Assembly (NCBI GenBank): GCA_950097015.1
Contig: CATNEN010000009.1
Coordinates: 1,722,898-1,786,897, forward strand
Direction of reading: 5' to 3'
DNA length: 64,000 bases
Source of the DNA: Macrostomum hystrix
Lineage: Eukaryota > Animalia > Platyhelminthes
Below the pieces are notes generated by a model. It did not search any database. It was not told the origin of the DNA and was given only the letters and a program-made list of their open reading frames with translations. The position numbers and the translations under genes are program-made. Below, one piece after another: positions 10,901 to 23,700 of the stretch (the stretch's first letter is position 1; every line of letters starts with the position of its first letter).

Positions 10901-13226
10901 TGGCCTGATCCCCACCTTGCCTAATCCCCACCTTGCCTAATCCCCACCTGGCCTGATCCCCACCTGGCCTGATCCCCACCTGGCCTGATCCCCACATGGC
11001 CTGATTCTCATACCTGATCCCCACCCCAACTGGCCTGATCCTCATTCCAGAGCCTTTCCGGATCGGAACACGCGCTGAAGCTGAAAAACCTTATAGATGA
11101 AAATGAACGCATAAAGGACTCAGTGAGACCGTTTAAATAGCTTGCTCACTTCTTATCAACAAAGATCATTCTGGTCCTGTTGAGCCTAAACTCTTCGTTA
11201 AAATCCCGAATTGCAGCTTCGCGGGTTCGATCAGCAACGAGCAGAGATGGCCAGTCTCAGACAGCGGCTGGCTGAGTTCGACTTCTTCAAGGCGCGAGTT
11301 CAGGTAAGCTGAGGAAGTTTCATCCAATCACAGTGTGTACAACAAAGCTTCATCCAATCACAGAGTGTACATCACAGCATCATCCAATCAGAGTGTGTAC
11401 ATTCGAGCTTCATCTATTCCCAGAGTTTTCACCGCATTTTCATCCGATCACATGGTGTACAGCAAAGCTTCATCCAATCACTGCACCACCAGGAGCTGCG
11501 CGATGAGAACGGCCAGCTTCTGGAGGAGCGCCAGCGGGCCGAAGAAAAGCTTTCGATATTGCGCGCCAACGCCGAGGCCGCTGCCGACCGCCTGGCCGAG
11601 TGCCAGCTGCGGTGCGAGGAGCTCGCCTGCCAGCGCGAATCGGCTACCGAGCAGGCCGCTGCCTCCGCCCGCCGGCTGGCCGCTGAAAACCGCCGCCTCC
11701 GCGAGGCGCTGGACGCCTTGGGCGGTGCTGACGCAGCTGCCGCAGCTGCCGCTGCTGCAGCCGCCTCCGCCTCAGCGTCTGCCGACTCTGACGCCGCTTC
11801 AGCACCGTCGCTGGCTGCGGAGTTGGCCGCGGCGGCGCGAATTCGCGACCTCGAGGCCGAGGTGGGCCGATTGCGCAGCGCTGCTTCAGCTGCGGCTCCA
11901 ACCGCAACGCCGGCTGCAGCAAAAGACGGCGATAGCGAGGCGCTGCTGGCTGCGGCCGAGCGGGCCCTCGAAAAAGCGGAGCGGCGCGCTGAGCGGCTCC
12001 TAGCCGAGCGGACGGTGGCCGAAGCCGCGGCTGCCGACAATGAGCGTCGGCTTCGGGCTGCTCAAGCCGAGCGTGCTCAGGCGGAGGCGGCTGCGGCTGC
12101 TCGAGTCGAGGCCATCCGTCGAACAGCAGACGAAGCCGAGCGTCGGGCCGCCGATGCGGAGCGGCGACTTCAGCGCCTGCTGGCCGAGCGGGCCGAGTCG
12201 GCGGCGGAGACGGAGACGGAGGTGGTGCTGCAGGCCAGTCAGGAGCTGGCTAAGCACCTGGCAAGGCTGGGCGGCAACAACCGGACTCTGCGACAGTCTT
12301 GCGACAAGCTCAAGGCGGAGCTCACCCGGCTGGCTGGAGTGGAGCTGGAGGTGAGCGGCTTTGAGCTCACTGAATAGCTGAGAATAGTTTTGTCTTCGAT
12401 TTCATAGACGATGACTCACAAAAGAGTGGACTATAAACCACAATAATAATAGTAACAATTGATACTATTAATAGTAACATCTGGCCCAATCGGGCCAGAT
12501 GTGCAGCCGACAGCACAGCCGTAGCTATTGAGCGGCGCAACTGTAGGCTGCGTACGGCTGTTCAGTCCATGGACTTGAGGGGAGTACGCCACACCCACCC
12601 TCAATTACCCCAGCTAATGCTGGTACCCATCTAACAGCTGGGTGAACTGAAGCAATGCAAAGTTAAGTGTCTTACTAAAATACACAAACTGTCGTAGTGA
12701 AGTCAGGAATCGAATGGATGTAGACTCACGATAGAGTGGATGAGGACTCACGATAGAGTGGATGAGGACTCACGATAGAGTGGATGAGGACTCACGATAG
12801 AGTGGATGAGGACTCACGATAGAGTGGATGAGGACTCACGATAGAGTGGATGAGGACTCACGATAGAGTGGATGAGGACTCAGGCTCAGGCCTATCAATA
12901 GTGAGGTTAGTCAAACTTTACTCCTTGCCTCCGCCCAGGTGCTGGAGCTGCGCTCCGCTAGGGACGCCGACAGCCGCCTGCTGCACCGCCTGGAGGCTGA
13001 GAATCGGCAGCTCAGGCGAACCCTGGACACTCAGAGCTGCCAATCGCCGCCGACCCCCATGAAGACCACCGCCGGTCCGAGGCATCGTGCAGCTGCGCCA
13101 GCGCCAGTTTCGAAGGCGGCAACCAATCCGTCTTCAATGACGTCAACTTCCGAAGGCGGCCCCGCAACGGTTGCTTCCATCGGCAAACGGGCTGGCGCGA
13201 CTCGACAGCCGACAAAGCAGAGTTGA
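7969..13226 (+). CDS. Hook-domain coiled-coil protein, CCDC88 (Girdin/Daple)-like. Exons about 7969-8019, 8100-8185, 8268-8373, 9393-9465, 9544-9686, 9766-9852, (10240-10285 uncertain), 10536-10811, 11051-11122, 11217-11303, 11493-12350, 12939-13226. Start exon unresolved.
   Basis: Splicing at GT-AG sites gives SLFVW|IETF...VLHQI|D...DSASQIHNASVLTAQL...EMRKILLLVLGLVIQSDRKDDFI (Hook N-terminal domain) and FDFFKARVQ|ELRDENGQLLEE, matching the CCDC88 motif FYKARVEELKEDN. Phases are consistent across the mapped exons. Confidence 0.8.
8400..9355. repeat. Intronic minisatellite: 21-bp units grading into 30-bp units (CGGACACATCTGAGTGGTCTGAGAGAATGG)
   Basis: Directly visible tandem array. It explains the repetitive ORFs 8439-9383, 8482-9333 and 8933-9469. 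Confidence 0.97.
10001..10505. mobile_element. About 110-bp inverted-repeat pair (10001-10111 / 10396-10505), MITE/foldback-like, in a CCDC88-like intron
   Basis: The left arm AAGAACACGGGCCAAATTTTTGTTGTGCATC...AATCAAGTCGCCAGCCCT...CGGTTCTGG is the reverse complement (roughly 80% identity by eye) of the right arm CCAGAACCG...AGGGCTGGCGACTTGATT...GATGCGCAACAAAAAGTTGGCCCGTGTTCT. No clear TSD. Confidence 0.7.
10820..11045. repeat. Intronic minisatellite, 15-16-bp unit CCTGATCCCCACCTGG
   Basis: Fills almost the whole intron 10812-11050. Confidence 0.93.
11325..11482. repeat. Degenerate 30-bp intronic minisatellite (CATCCAATCACAGTGTGTACAACAAAGCTT)
   Basis: About 6 diverged units fill intron 11304-11492. 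Confidence 0.85.
12441..12712 (-). mobile_element. tRNA-derived SINE, family A (CORE/Meta-like centre), 5' head eroded
   Basis: Reverse complement aligns with the copy at 48812-49085 (shared CACTTAACT...CATTGCTTCAGTTCACCCAGCTGTTA.ATGGGTACCAGCATTAGCT and CAGTCCATGGACTGA). Ends in a 10-bp hairpin and a TTA-rich tail. Confidence 0.8.
12722..12880. repeat. 22-bp minisatellite GACTCACGATAGAGTGGATGAG x about 7
   Basis: Direct tandem repeats adjoining the SINE in intron 12351-12938. Confidence 0.95.
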
Positions 13227-16200
13227 TCGTGATTGATTGAGGTCTCAATTTGTATTTTCCGGAAACAGAAGTGAATCTTGGTCTCTTTTTTATAGCTCGG
13301 ATTATTGCTCGCATTTTAGCCCGATCTCCATTCGCCAAACAATGAATATGATTTTTGGCTGAAGCTATGAATCTGTCTCGTTCTCTGTGTCCCGTTTACA
13401 GCATTTGACAACTTGGTATTCGTTGAGTCTTTGTTCTGCATTCCATTCCCCGAAGCGCACAGAGAGGAAGTGCTTGCTGCAGCAAGCAATCGCTCATTAA
13501 CCTGGCTGCTCCTACCGACCGTAATTTTTACAATCTTGATTTATTTTTCAACGTAATCTTTGATTTATAACAAATGATTCGCCTTTCCTGGGCTGTACCT
13601 GTCAATCGTAGATCGAATCCCTTGCCCGGAAGCCAATTCTGCCAATTTTTTGTAACATGCCAGCTTTGCAGAATTTTCACCGTAACTTTTATCATGATCG
13701 TTTTTATTTTGCTTACCATAATTTTATGATATTCTAGGTATGTGGCCCTTCAGTGCTCAGCCGTAAGACTCAACCAAATTAGGTCTTATCGATATTTTCT
13801 TGCTTAAATGCGCACTGTCTTGTCTATCTGATCCTGCAATCAGGTCGCAAGATTCTCAGAATTACAATTCTGTGGCGCAATCCGGCGGTTCTACGATCGC
13901 TACCTGTTGGCAGCACAACAGTTGATTTTGCACATACTATTATAGGCGAAGAGCTTTACTAAATGCTCACTATAACTCCGTCTCAGCTTGGTTTATTCAT
14001 GCTGCTTATTTTGGTGCAGACAAATAGCACCAACATATCTGACCACGTTATAAAATTTAAAAATCTTCCAAAACCACAACGATGATAATAGATTTTCACA
14101 CTAGGAAACGACAGGCGAGTAGCCAGAATCATGAGAAATAGAATATTGAAACTTCATAACAGCAGCATGCTTATAGCAATGCTGTAACAGATAACAGATG
14201 CTTATAGCTATCTGGCGGAAACAATTAGAACTCGCATAAAACACTTATTTGCAGCAAAATACAGAAAGGCTGGCCAGAAATTTGTGGACATCGATATGCA
14301 GGGCCACCCGGTGGTAAAGGCTGACGCCGGGACTCAGGTTAATCCTGATTCATTCGGCCGCCACCGACACCAGCGACCTGTGGGAGCCATTACTTGGATG
14401 AAGGGCTCCCCGTGGTCACAAAAACTAAAAGCTGGCAATCCCAGGGGAACCACCTACCACCACAGCAGCCGCCGAGGACCTAGCCGACGAGGGAAGGGCT
14501 CCGAAACTATTATAGGAGAAAATAACCAGATCCCCCCAAAAAGACGAATTTTTATGAAGAACTATAAAATTAACATTGACCTCATGGTACAGGGAATTAC
14601 TTTAATGATGATTTAAAATGCCTAATGTGAATATTTAAAATATCCTAAAACGAAAAAAATGATTTGTTAATCGTTTGTAAGTCATATTGGGTTTTTAGAG
14701 AGTTTGTGCGAATTAATTTTGGGCCATTTTGTTAAGTCATAAGCAAGCAGTTATCGGCTGTAAACGCTTTTGTCCAATAGGTAACGTTTCGTAGAAATCG
14801 TTTAAAATAAGCTGAAGCCACGTGCTTGGGCGACCTGTCGCTGCGCCTGCTCGCGCATACTCAAGTATGCTTGTTTTAAACTGTACTGAAGTATAATCAT
14901 ATGAAATTTCAGAAACTGTTTTCGAATATGATGTTTTTCTTTTTCTAATAAGTAAGTTGTATACTTATGTATATTTTCTATCTGAACGTATTCGTTAGAT
15001 TGTCTAAATCATTTTTATTAACTATTTGTCTGTTATGACTAGACTAGGCCTATGCAGATACATTTCTACAACACTACATAGTCGCATCTCTCATTACCTT
15101 TGACAATTATTGGCTTCTTGATTGACTTTGACAAGGAGGCAATCAAATAATTCATAGGTTCTTTCTTCCATAACATAAGTTCTCTTTGAGGGCTAAGTTT
15201 AATTTTTCAATAATGTTAACTACTTAACTAAATTTGTCTTATTCTTGTTATTAGTATGGCCCTATTCACTTAAATAGTATTATAAAGTTATAACAGTTAG
15301 AATTAGGCCTAACTTCTATGGGGCCTACATATATTTTTATTGCTTTAATAAATAGGTCCAGGCCAGTAAAAAAATAGAAAGAAACAAATCAGATGTACTT
15401 TTGTAGAAAAAGCACAAAGTTATTCTTTTTTCTATCTATTCCCTGTATCATTAAAGCTTAGGTTTATACAGAGTAGCAAACTATTACACTTTTAAGGCTT
15501 TGTGAATTTAGAAACCATTTTGTTGACTTTTGCTTAGTTATGGATAAAGCTATGGGAAGTTACAGAAACAGCTTTTTAGACAAAAGTTTCAGGCAAGAAA
15601 TTTACTTTTGTTTGCAAAATTATTTCCCTCTTTTAAAATTGTGCCAATGATGTGGAATGACCAATGGGAGTTGTCTATGGCCCATAGTAGCCACGTAGAG
15701 TTGTTTGGGGCACAGAAATTTGGCTGAGTTTTATTGAGCCCTCACTAGGGCCTATAGTTTGGATTTTAGAGACTTTGAGACTTTTCTGATTTGCGAATGG
15801 CTGGGCAGCCCCCAAGACCATCATGGATTGTGCCACCGAATGAAGTTCTAACGGAACTAAATATGAATTCAAGGGATCTGATAGAATTGACGGTCCAAGT
15901 ACTGACGAGACTATGTGGCATGGCACTAGCGATCTACATCCAAGAGTAACTATGGCAACACCTTCACCCGGGGCCTACCAATGCTTTTGGCAGTATTCTG
16001 TACTGGATTTGTCATTATTACCCAGTTTAGGAATCTGAGACAGTCAGGACTGCATTGAACTGAACTGAGCAATGCTCAGTGCCATTTAAAAATGTTTCCC
16101 ACCAGTTGTTGCTAGTTGACATTATCCGCTTCATCGTTTAACATTTTAAAAGAAGAAAATAATTTCGCAAACAAAAGTAAACTTACACCAGTTTCAGATA

Positions 16201-16379
16201 TGTATGAGATATAAATATGGCTACAGGGACTTTTGTTTCCAATATCTAGTTTCCATATCTTCAGTTCTAAACTTCAGCACTAAAGTGAGTAAAACAAACA
16301 GTGCTAAGACAATCAAGACAAAAATGTAGGAAAAACTCTAGTCAAACAATTCTATGTAGCTTACATAAAAATTCTATAC

Positions 16380-16680
16380 AAACTCAAGCCCTTAAAGACT
16401 TGAAGGCCAGATCCATGGGAATTTGTTGATGGCTATGACAAGACACATTTGGGAAAATACTTCGGATAGCCAACAATAGGAACTCTTTATTCTTTGGTGT
16501 AATTTCCTAGGTAAAGCTCTAATTCTCATTAACTGTTGTTGATTGAAAGACAAAAGAATAGATTTTTATTTCTTATTGCATTTGCAATGATGTCAAAGCT
16601 CATAAAGGTAACCTCACTCCTCACCTCACCTCCAAATTTCTGGGAAGATGTGGGAGTTTATAAGTACCTAAGTTATAGAT
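16380..16680 (-). mobile_element. Possible decayed non-LTR retrotransposon (AP-endonuclease-like remnant)
   Basis: Minus-strand translation with stops (EVTFMSFDIIANAI...ELELYLGNYTKE*RVPIVG...TNSHGSGLQVF) loosely follows APE spacing. Heavily degraded. Confidence 0.25.
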
Positions 16681-17819
16681 AAGGATATGGATAGGCTCTG
16701 TAAAAATGTTATAAATACTGATATTAATTCAAATAGGGGAAAATTTAGGTTACAGTGGAACTCTACTATTGAGAATCAGGTTTCTAGATTGGTCAATTTC
16801 TGTTTACTAAAAAAATTATACCAGAGTACTTAACTTATGGACATTCCTAGGCATTCCTATAATGTTGGAACTGCTAAACTGCTAACACAGTGGTTGTAAA
16901 ATACTTGATCATGTGCATAGTATGCATCGTATGCTATAAAAGTTACAATATTTACATGTCTATTATTAGCTATGTACTTACATATATCAATAAATGAGAA
17001 ATGAAAATAATTTTCAAGAGATTAATGTACTTTTGAAATATGGGTGAAAAATTACAACTACAGGAGCTGTAAATTAGGACAAGCTGTTTTCTAAAGTACT
17101 GGCTTGTCATATTTGATTCATTAGAAATCAACAATTAAAATGTAAGCATGAAATTAATTCGATTAGTTACAATTTCCAATAGTCCAAACAATTATAAGAT
17201 TATAAGAGCAACAACTGCCACAACTCAATATTAATGACAAACTCTGTCTCCCTAATATGGATACTATAGAGACAAAGTGTGTCTATAATATCACAGCCTA
17301 TGGGTATGATAGCTGTAATCCTAGGTATGGGATGTGGCAAAGTATATTGGCCTAGATGTTAGAGTTCTGCTATAGCCAAGTTTTCCTGTCATACATGCGC
17401 AACCTCCCAAATCTTAGCCGGCCGTACGACTTAGTTTTTGCTCTATTTACAACTTAGTTTGCTCTCATTTGTGACTTAGTTCATTTCATTGATTAATTTA
17501 CAACTTAGTTTGCTCTTATTTGCTCTCTTTTTCTCTCTCCTTTTTCCTTTTCTTCACACCTTCCTTTTTTGTCCCTTGGTCCCACCTTTGATTTTTTTGC
17601 GCTTGGTCAATTGGTTTTTGCAACATTCCTTGCTTGGCCCTTGTTTCACCCGGCCGGTTTGGCCAGGTCGGCCAGGTGCTGCACATGTATGTTTCCTGTA
17701 GATATTCATATCACTATCTACAAAGTTTCCTAGACTGGCTATAGTCTGTCCATATCTATATCTGTATGATGTATCTATAACCATTAAACTTCCCATGTCC
17801 TCCCATATCTGCCCAAAAA

Positions 17820-18060
17820 GGGCGGATAGCTCAGTCAGTAAGGTGTCGGACTCTGGATCAGATGGTCCTGGGTTCGACTCCCGACCTAGTCTAGAACTAT
17901 TCGTGCAGCCTTTGGCAAGCTGCTTTGCGCTGATGTGCACACAGTCTACTCAGCTGCAAATGAGTACCCACATTTCTTTGGGTAATAATAATTCCGGCTG
18001 GCGTGGAATAAAGCAGTTCTGTGCGGAAATTCTGTGGGCTTTGGATGCTGCCGATATGTT
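17820..18060 (+). mobile_element. tRNA-derived SINE, family B
   Basis: A box TAGCTCAGTCAGTAAGG and B box GGTTCGACTCC, no closing acceptor stem, then a CORE-like GGCAAG...CAGCTGCAAATGAGTACCC centre. Confidence 0.7.
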
Positions 18061-20724
18061 TGGAAAAATAAATGCCATTGCTGACACGCGACTGTCAACC
18101 AGTGTCCGAGAGAGCCGGGGAGTACAATAGGTGTGCAGTCTCCACCTGCTAGTGTGCTTGACACAACACCTGCACTGGCCCTTGGGTCTAGTGTCAATTA
18201 TTATTATTATATCCTCCCACAGAACTGCAAAGAGTCATGTTATTTCTCATTTTAGTCTTGTAGCTGGGCTAGGGACTAGGCTGGGCTAGTGTCTTGACAA
18301 ATCAGTTTCAATCTTCTTTGCTAAAATATTAGCTGGGAGTCTGGTAGTCCACATTGTGCAAGTGGTATTAAGATCTCTGCACTTGAGCCCACAAAACTTA
18401 TGGAACTATGAATTTGAATTGTAGGCAATCTTTTTCCAAATATTGTGCAATCATTCATATCTTTATTCCTGCAATTGTATCATTGCCATAGCACCCTCAA
18501 GTGACATGGAATAGTAAGTTGGGACGGAAGTTTGTATGGAATTATTGTGTGAGATGTTTAGAATTTATTTAGGATATTTATTTAGGATATTTAGGATAAT
18601 CAACAGACTATTTTAGCTACAATATATGTCGTATTCTACTACTTAGTAGAATATTATGTAGTTCCGTTTTTTATTAAAAATGTTAAACAACAAGGTTATT
18701 GTTTTACTATTAGCTGTTTAGAAAATGTATACACTTGTAGCTATTTTTTGCTAATAATTCAGTCACTACTGTTAGTAGTATGTTTAGTTCTGAGCAAGTT
18801 TTTTCGTGTCTCTGACTCTACTTTTGAACATCTGTGATGCTTCTATTCGTGAATTTATTTTTGGACTTATTTTTAATTTAACTTTTCTATTATGATTACA
18901 GATTCCATAATGTGAACCTTTTTTAATGATTTGTATGCTAGATTTGGGTTAAACTATGGTTTATACTTCATGAACCAGTATTTTATTTGTCTTCAGTCTT
19001 AAATTAGTATAAACTATGAATATTTATTTTATGAGTAAGTTAGGAAGCCAATTTCCTAGCTCCATATGTAGAGTCTACTATGCAATTTCGTCTGCTGTAA
19101 CACCGAGCTTCGCCACACACTTCATGAGCCTTGGCCATGGGCTAGTTGTGCATATGTGTCGCGTCAATTGCTTGTCCTAATACTGGTTCTAAATTCATTA
19201 AGCGCCCAGCCCAACAGAGCCTGTAGGGCCAAGCTGGGGTGGGTGGCTGTCTGCTCGGCTTCTCGAGCTGCCAGACCCAGCGGGTATTGAGTTACACGCT
19301 CAGATTGGGTTCTGCTGTCTGCCACAGCTAGCCGGCCAAACACCTAATCCAGCAATCAGATGGGAACCGGCCTGCCTCATTTTTTAACTCTCCCATTTTG
19401 ATGATTTTCGACAGCATGGTCAGGGGCAGCCGTCATTTGCACCGCCTGAAAATCCGCGCCTAATTCGACCGCTGGTTGGCCTCTGAATCAGTTTTATTTC
19501 TCTGATGAGTTGGCTATAGGAATCATTCGGGCTCAGCTGTATTAAGGCCTAGAATTGCATTGGGGCTACCAACACCTCTCATGCGCTTCTGTTCATGCGA
19601 ACCTGAATGAGGATTAGGGGTTGGGGCTGATTTCTTGGCGCTACGGTTCGCCTCCCTTCCATCTGCTCGCTTAATTAGGCTGCCTTGCCTAGCGCGCAGC
19701 ATCCGCTTCCCTCCTGTCCCGCCCTGTCGGCTTTGTGATCTTCACTTTCATTTTAAGCGCTCGTTTTCTCTATTCAATGCCTGCCTGCTTGCCGTTGCCG
19801 CGCCAAGCTTTGGTTGCCATACGAGAGGACGGTGCTTGTAAAGTACAATTGGGAAGGATTTCAATAGAATTTTTTTGCCATGCGATTCGCAATTTGTTTC
19901 CAGTCCGTTCTCATTTAGAAAGGCCGACAAGAGAACAGAATGACCAAGCGGAGGTCGGAGGCTTGTGCCCGTTGAATAGACAAATGTGGGAAAATGCGGA
20001 CATTCATAACACAGCTTGCGCCCAAATGCCCGAACTGACCAATTTTCCTGCCTCCTGCCACTTCCACGGTCACAGCCGTCCCGTATCCGTCCCATAGTCG
20101 GTTTCCAACACCGCCCGTCTGCACGAATTCCTCGCCCAGCCCCCATTGGACCATTGAAAAAGCCGTAGCTGCTACGCCCTCACTGCGGCTGTTCTGTCGC
20201 CCTCAGCGCCGCACCCGCCCCAGCCGTTCGCGTTTCTCCTCCTTACCCTAGTTAATCCCTATAGGCCCATATTTTTTCTTCTTGTTCTATCGGCAAAGCA
20301 TAACGCGGCGCTTTTCTTAGCCTTTATCTCGCCAGCACTCGAGAGTACGACAGTGAATTCTTCACAATAACAAAGTCGCGAGCATCGAGATTGTTACTAG
20401 CTGCGATCTCTTCAAAGCGTTCCATCCAGTGACAAACAGCTGCAGTCGTTGCCGCAGAACAACAGGGCCCAGCTGATGCAAGCACTCTCAGAGGCGAAAC
20501 CTCTGACAGCAGCTGCCACATGAGCGCCGGCCCCGCCTTCCTTGGGCCTGCCCCGTGGCCTCTGCTGCATGTGATTCGACATTGCCGCCTGGCCAGTTAA
20601 GGGTCAGAGGTCCGGCTGCTTTGTGCACCGCTCAACCCCTGGCCTGGCCGATTCCTCACTTCTCCCCTTCCTAGTTGCAATCGACCGGGCTCTGGGCGCT
20701 GTTTGATTAAGTCGGGCACGCCGA

Positions 20725-23700
20725 ATGTCTGAGCTGGGCAATCCCGAATTGTCGGTCGGATCTGACCCCCTCGGCCAATTAAATGCAGATGAGAGGCTGG
20801 TGGTTGCCGCGCTAACCCAGGAGCTGCATGAGTTGGAGGCCTCCTACTGCGATCTGTTGCACAATGCACCTGGCGCCTTTCTGATTCTCACCAGGCGTCT
20901 GCGACTGTTGCGCTCCACCATCGAGACTCGACTCGAGTTCATCCAGCTGAACCCCAACAACGTGCGCCTGCATCGACTCTCCCTGTACCGTTCTAGCCTT
21001 CTGCAGCTCGACTCCCAGGTTCTGAGTCTCTCTGAGGCAATTAACCGTGAACTGCAGGCCGTTAATTACCAGAAGGCTCACGAGACACTCCTACCCGGGA
21101 CCCATCCGCTTGGCAAGTCCCTGTCCCGCAACAGCTATAGCGAGACTGACCTGAACGACCCGAAGCGACTGCTATCGGTATCCGCGGGACCGAAGGAGGC
21201 ATCGAACAGTAGCGGCACCACCAATAGCGACTTCCGAAAGAGCTACAGCTCGCCTCGCTCCCTAGAGTGCTACTCAAGCTTGTCAGAAACCTATGAAAAT
21301 TTCATTCTGAACAATGCTAATTTGGACACAGTGAAAATCTCATGCGACTCGTCCAGCTCTAGTTCTAGTTCTCGGATTACCAGCACCGACGCCAGCGTCA
21401 GCGGTGTGACCCCGAGCTCCAATCTGGGCACATCATCACCTGCGTTGGCCTCTACATCGGAAGACTTAGAGAGAGGCGCAGTTGCTATGCAGGAGTTTTA
21501 TATTAGTCCGGGCACAACCTACTTTCAAATGGAGAGCCCTTCGGTTAGCATGACTGTCCCTTCTGCAGGTTTTGTTGAGTCAAACGCGGCAATGAATAAG
21601 CCGGCGCCGCCCAAAGTGCGCATTAACCGAAAGCAATTTCTGCAGACTTCAACAGACACGCAGCCATACATGGACAGCTCAGCTAGTAATGGCAGCTCCA
21701 GGAGCGTTGCCGCCCCTACTCTGCAGCCAGCAAGTACTCAAAGCGGCCAAACGTTATACAGTCTCCCCGCTGAGGTGGCTTGCTCCGGATCCGGGGTGAA
21801 AAGGGCTCAAGGAGAGAGTGCATCTGAAGCCCCTTATGAATGTATTGGCGGAACTGATGAATATGAGCCAAATCTGAGGCATCAAGTATTTGGAAGACCC
21901 AGAGTACACCCTCCTTATCTACTCAAGCATCAACTAAGTGAGGAATCGTGTGTTAGACCTGTCTTGGATCTGTCAGAGGGCAATTTGTCTTCTTCATTTG
22001 AGCGAACTCTGCTTCACACTGAGCCGGCCGTGAGGGAGCACAGAAAAGCCATGCTTAAACCCGGCCACTTACGAAAGGGCATGCAGGATCGACCCTTGCT
22101 GGGATCAGCGAGCAAGAGTTGCCGAGATAACCTGTCGGAGCCCAATACTCCCATGCAGGATAAAATCCCAGCTCAAGTTTCTGCTGCCGCCCCTTTAAAG
22201 CTGCGCAGCTCGGAGGAGCGCGTTTTACTTGGCGCTAGCAGCAACAGCGATACATCAGCGAAGCATGTACCCGATTCTCCCGATATTTTGGCCTCTTCTA
22301 AAACTAAGCAAATTGCTTCCCGGCAGGCAATGATCCCTGGATCGCTTAACTCGAGCATTCAAGTTTTGTCTTCGATAAAGGGATTGCTAAAAGCAGATTT
22401 AGCTAGGCGTGTACACGAGGCGATTGTTGGCGCATCCGAACGCAAACAGGAAATCAAAGCACTAGCGGCTGCTCTTCCCATCTACTCGTGTGTCAAGGGC
22501 TCTGCAAGGTTGGTTCAGCTGCACCCAATCGATCTTCAGTTTGACAACTCTGAGTGCGAGAGTTCTGAGTACGATAACGCTTTTCAAGTTGACCCAAACG
22601 GTCGGTCAGTGATGTCCGAAAGCGCAGTCAGTGCGTCCTCTGTTAGCATGGACTACTACCTGCCACCTGATGACTCCAGCGTCGCAGGTGATTCAGCTAA
22701 TGCTGCTGTTTTACTCACTGCTGGGCCCTCACAGAGTTGCCCTCTGCCTGACTCTAAAGTTATAAAAAATGGTTTCGTTAACAAATTAAGTGGCAAATTT
22801 AAAGTGTGGCGGCGTTTCTGGTGCATTTTAACAACCCACAGCCTACTGTTTTATCCAGCAAAGCCAGGAGCAAAACAGAAAGCTCAGCTGTGTGTTTCAC
22901 TTAAAGATATTGAGTCTGTAAGTCGTTCTTGTTTGCATGACTATGGTATTGATGTCAAGGTTCAAGGTTCAGAAAAGTCTTTGTACCTTAGCTGCGACTC
23001 GACCAGTGAGAGATCACTCTGGTATTACGCTATGGTCGGCTCAATCAAGCGCCATAACTCTGAGCTAATAGTGCAGAGAAATTCGGGACGGCTGCTTTAC
23101 AAAGGTTGGCTTAAGCGCGTTAAATGCGGAAACAGCAAGAAGCTTTACTGCAGATTATATGGACACTTTCTTGTATATTACAAGCGGCATACAGATTCCG
23201 TTCCAACCGGAAGCAAAGATTTATCTAATTGCATAATTTCTGAAGCATTTGGCGGCAGCTCATCTGAAAGTGACGGCGACTACAGTGAGGTGACCTCTCC
23301 CAACAGAACCATTGCTGTTCGAAGTAAGGGCAAGGAGCCCGTTTATTTTATTTGCACGGATGAGGCTGAGTTTGTCAGATGGCGCCATCTTTTGACTCAG
23401 CTTGCCTGCCGAATCGAACCTCAGAGTGTTGCGGAAATACTGCCAGTTCCAAAATCACCGACACCCAAGCTTAGTCGGAAAGTTATGCCCAGGCGTCAGT
23501 CTTGGCTCAACTCACCCTTTTCTACTCACCTCGCGCATTTGATGGGTGAGGATTTTCATGGAAATTTCTGGCACTCAGACCAGCCACTTGATGCTCCGCT
23601 TTCAAAGATCCCATCCGATTTGAACAACTCCGCACTGCTGCTTTTCCAGCTCATTTTGCTCTATATTTACCCGTCTGCAGATAGCAATCCGATAGAAAAG

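Noticed and set aside
17820-17892. tRNA gene
   Set aside because: A and B boxes are present but the acceptor and T stems do not close, and a SINE body follows. The same applies to the heads at 48812, 58038 and 59690.
20324-20521. Gag-like fragment (HWMERFEEIAASNN) on the minus strand
   Set aside because: One short motif, with no flanking gag, pol or LTR evidence.
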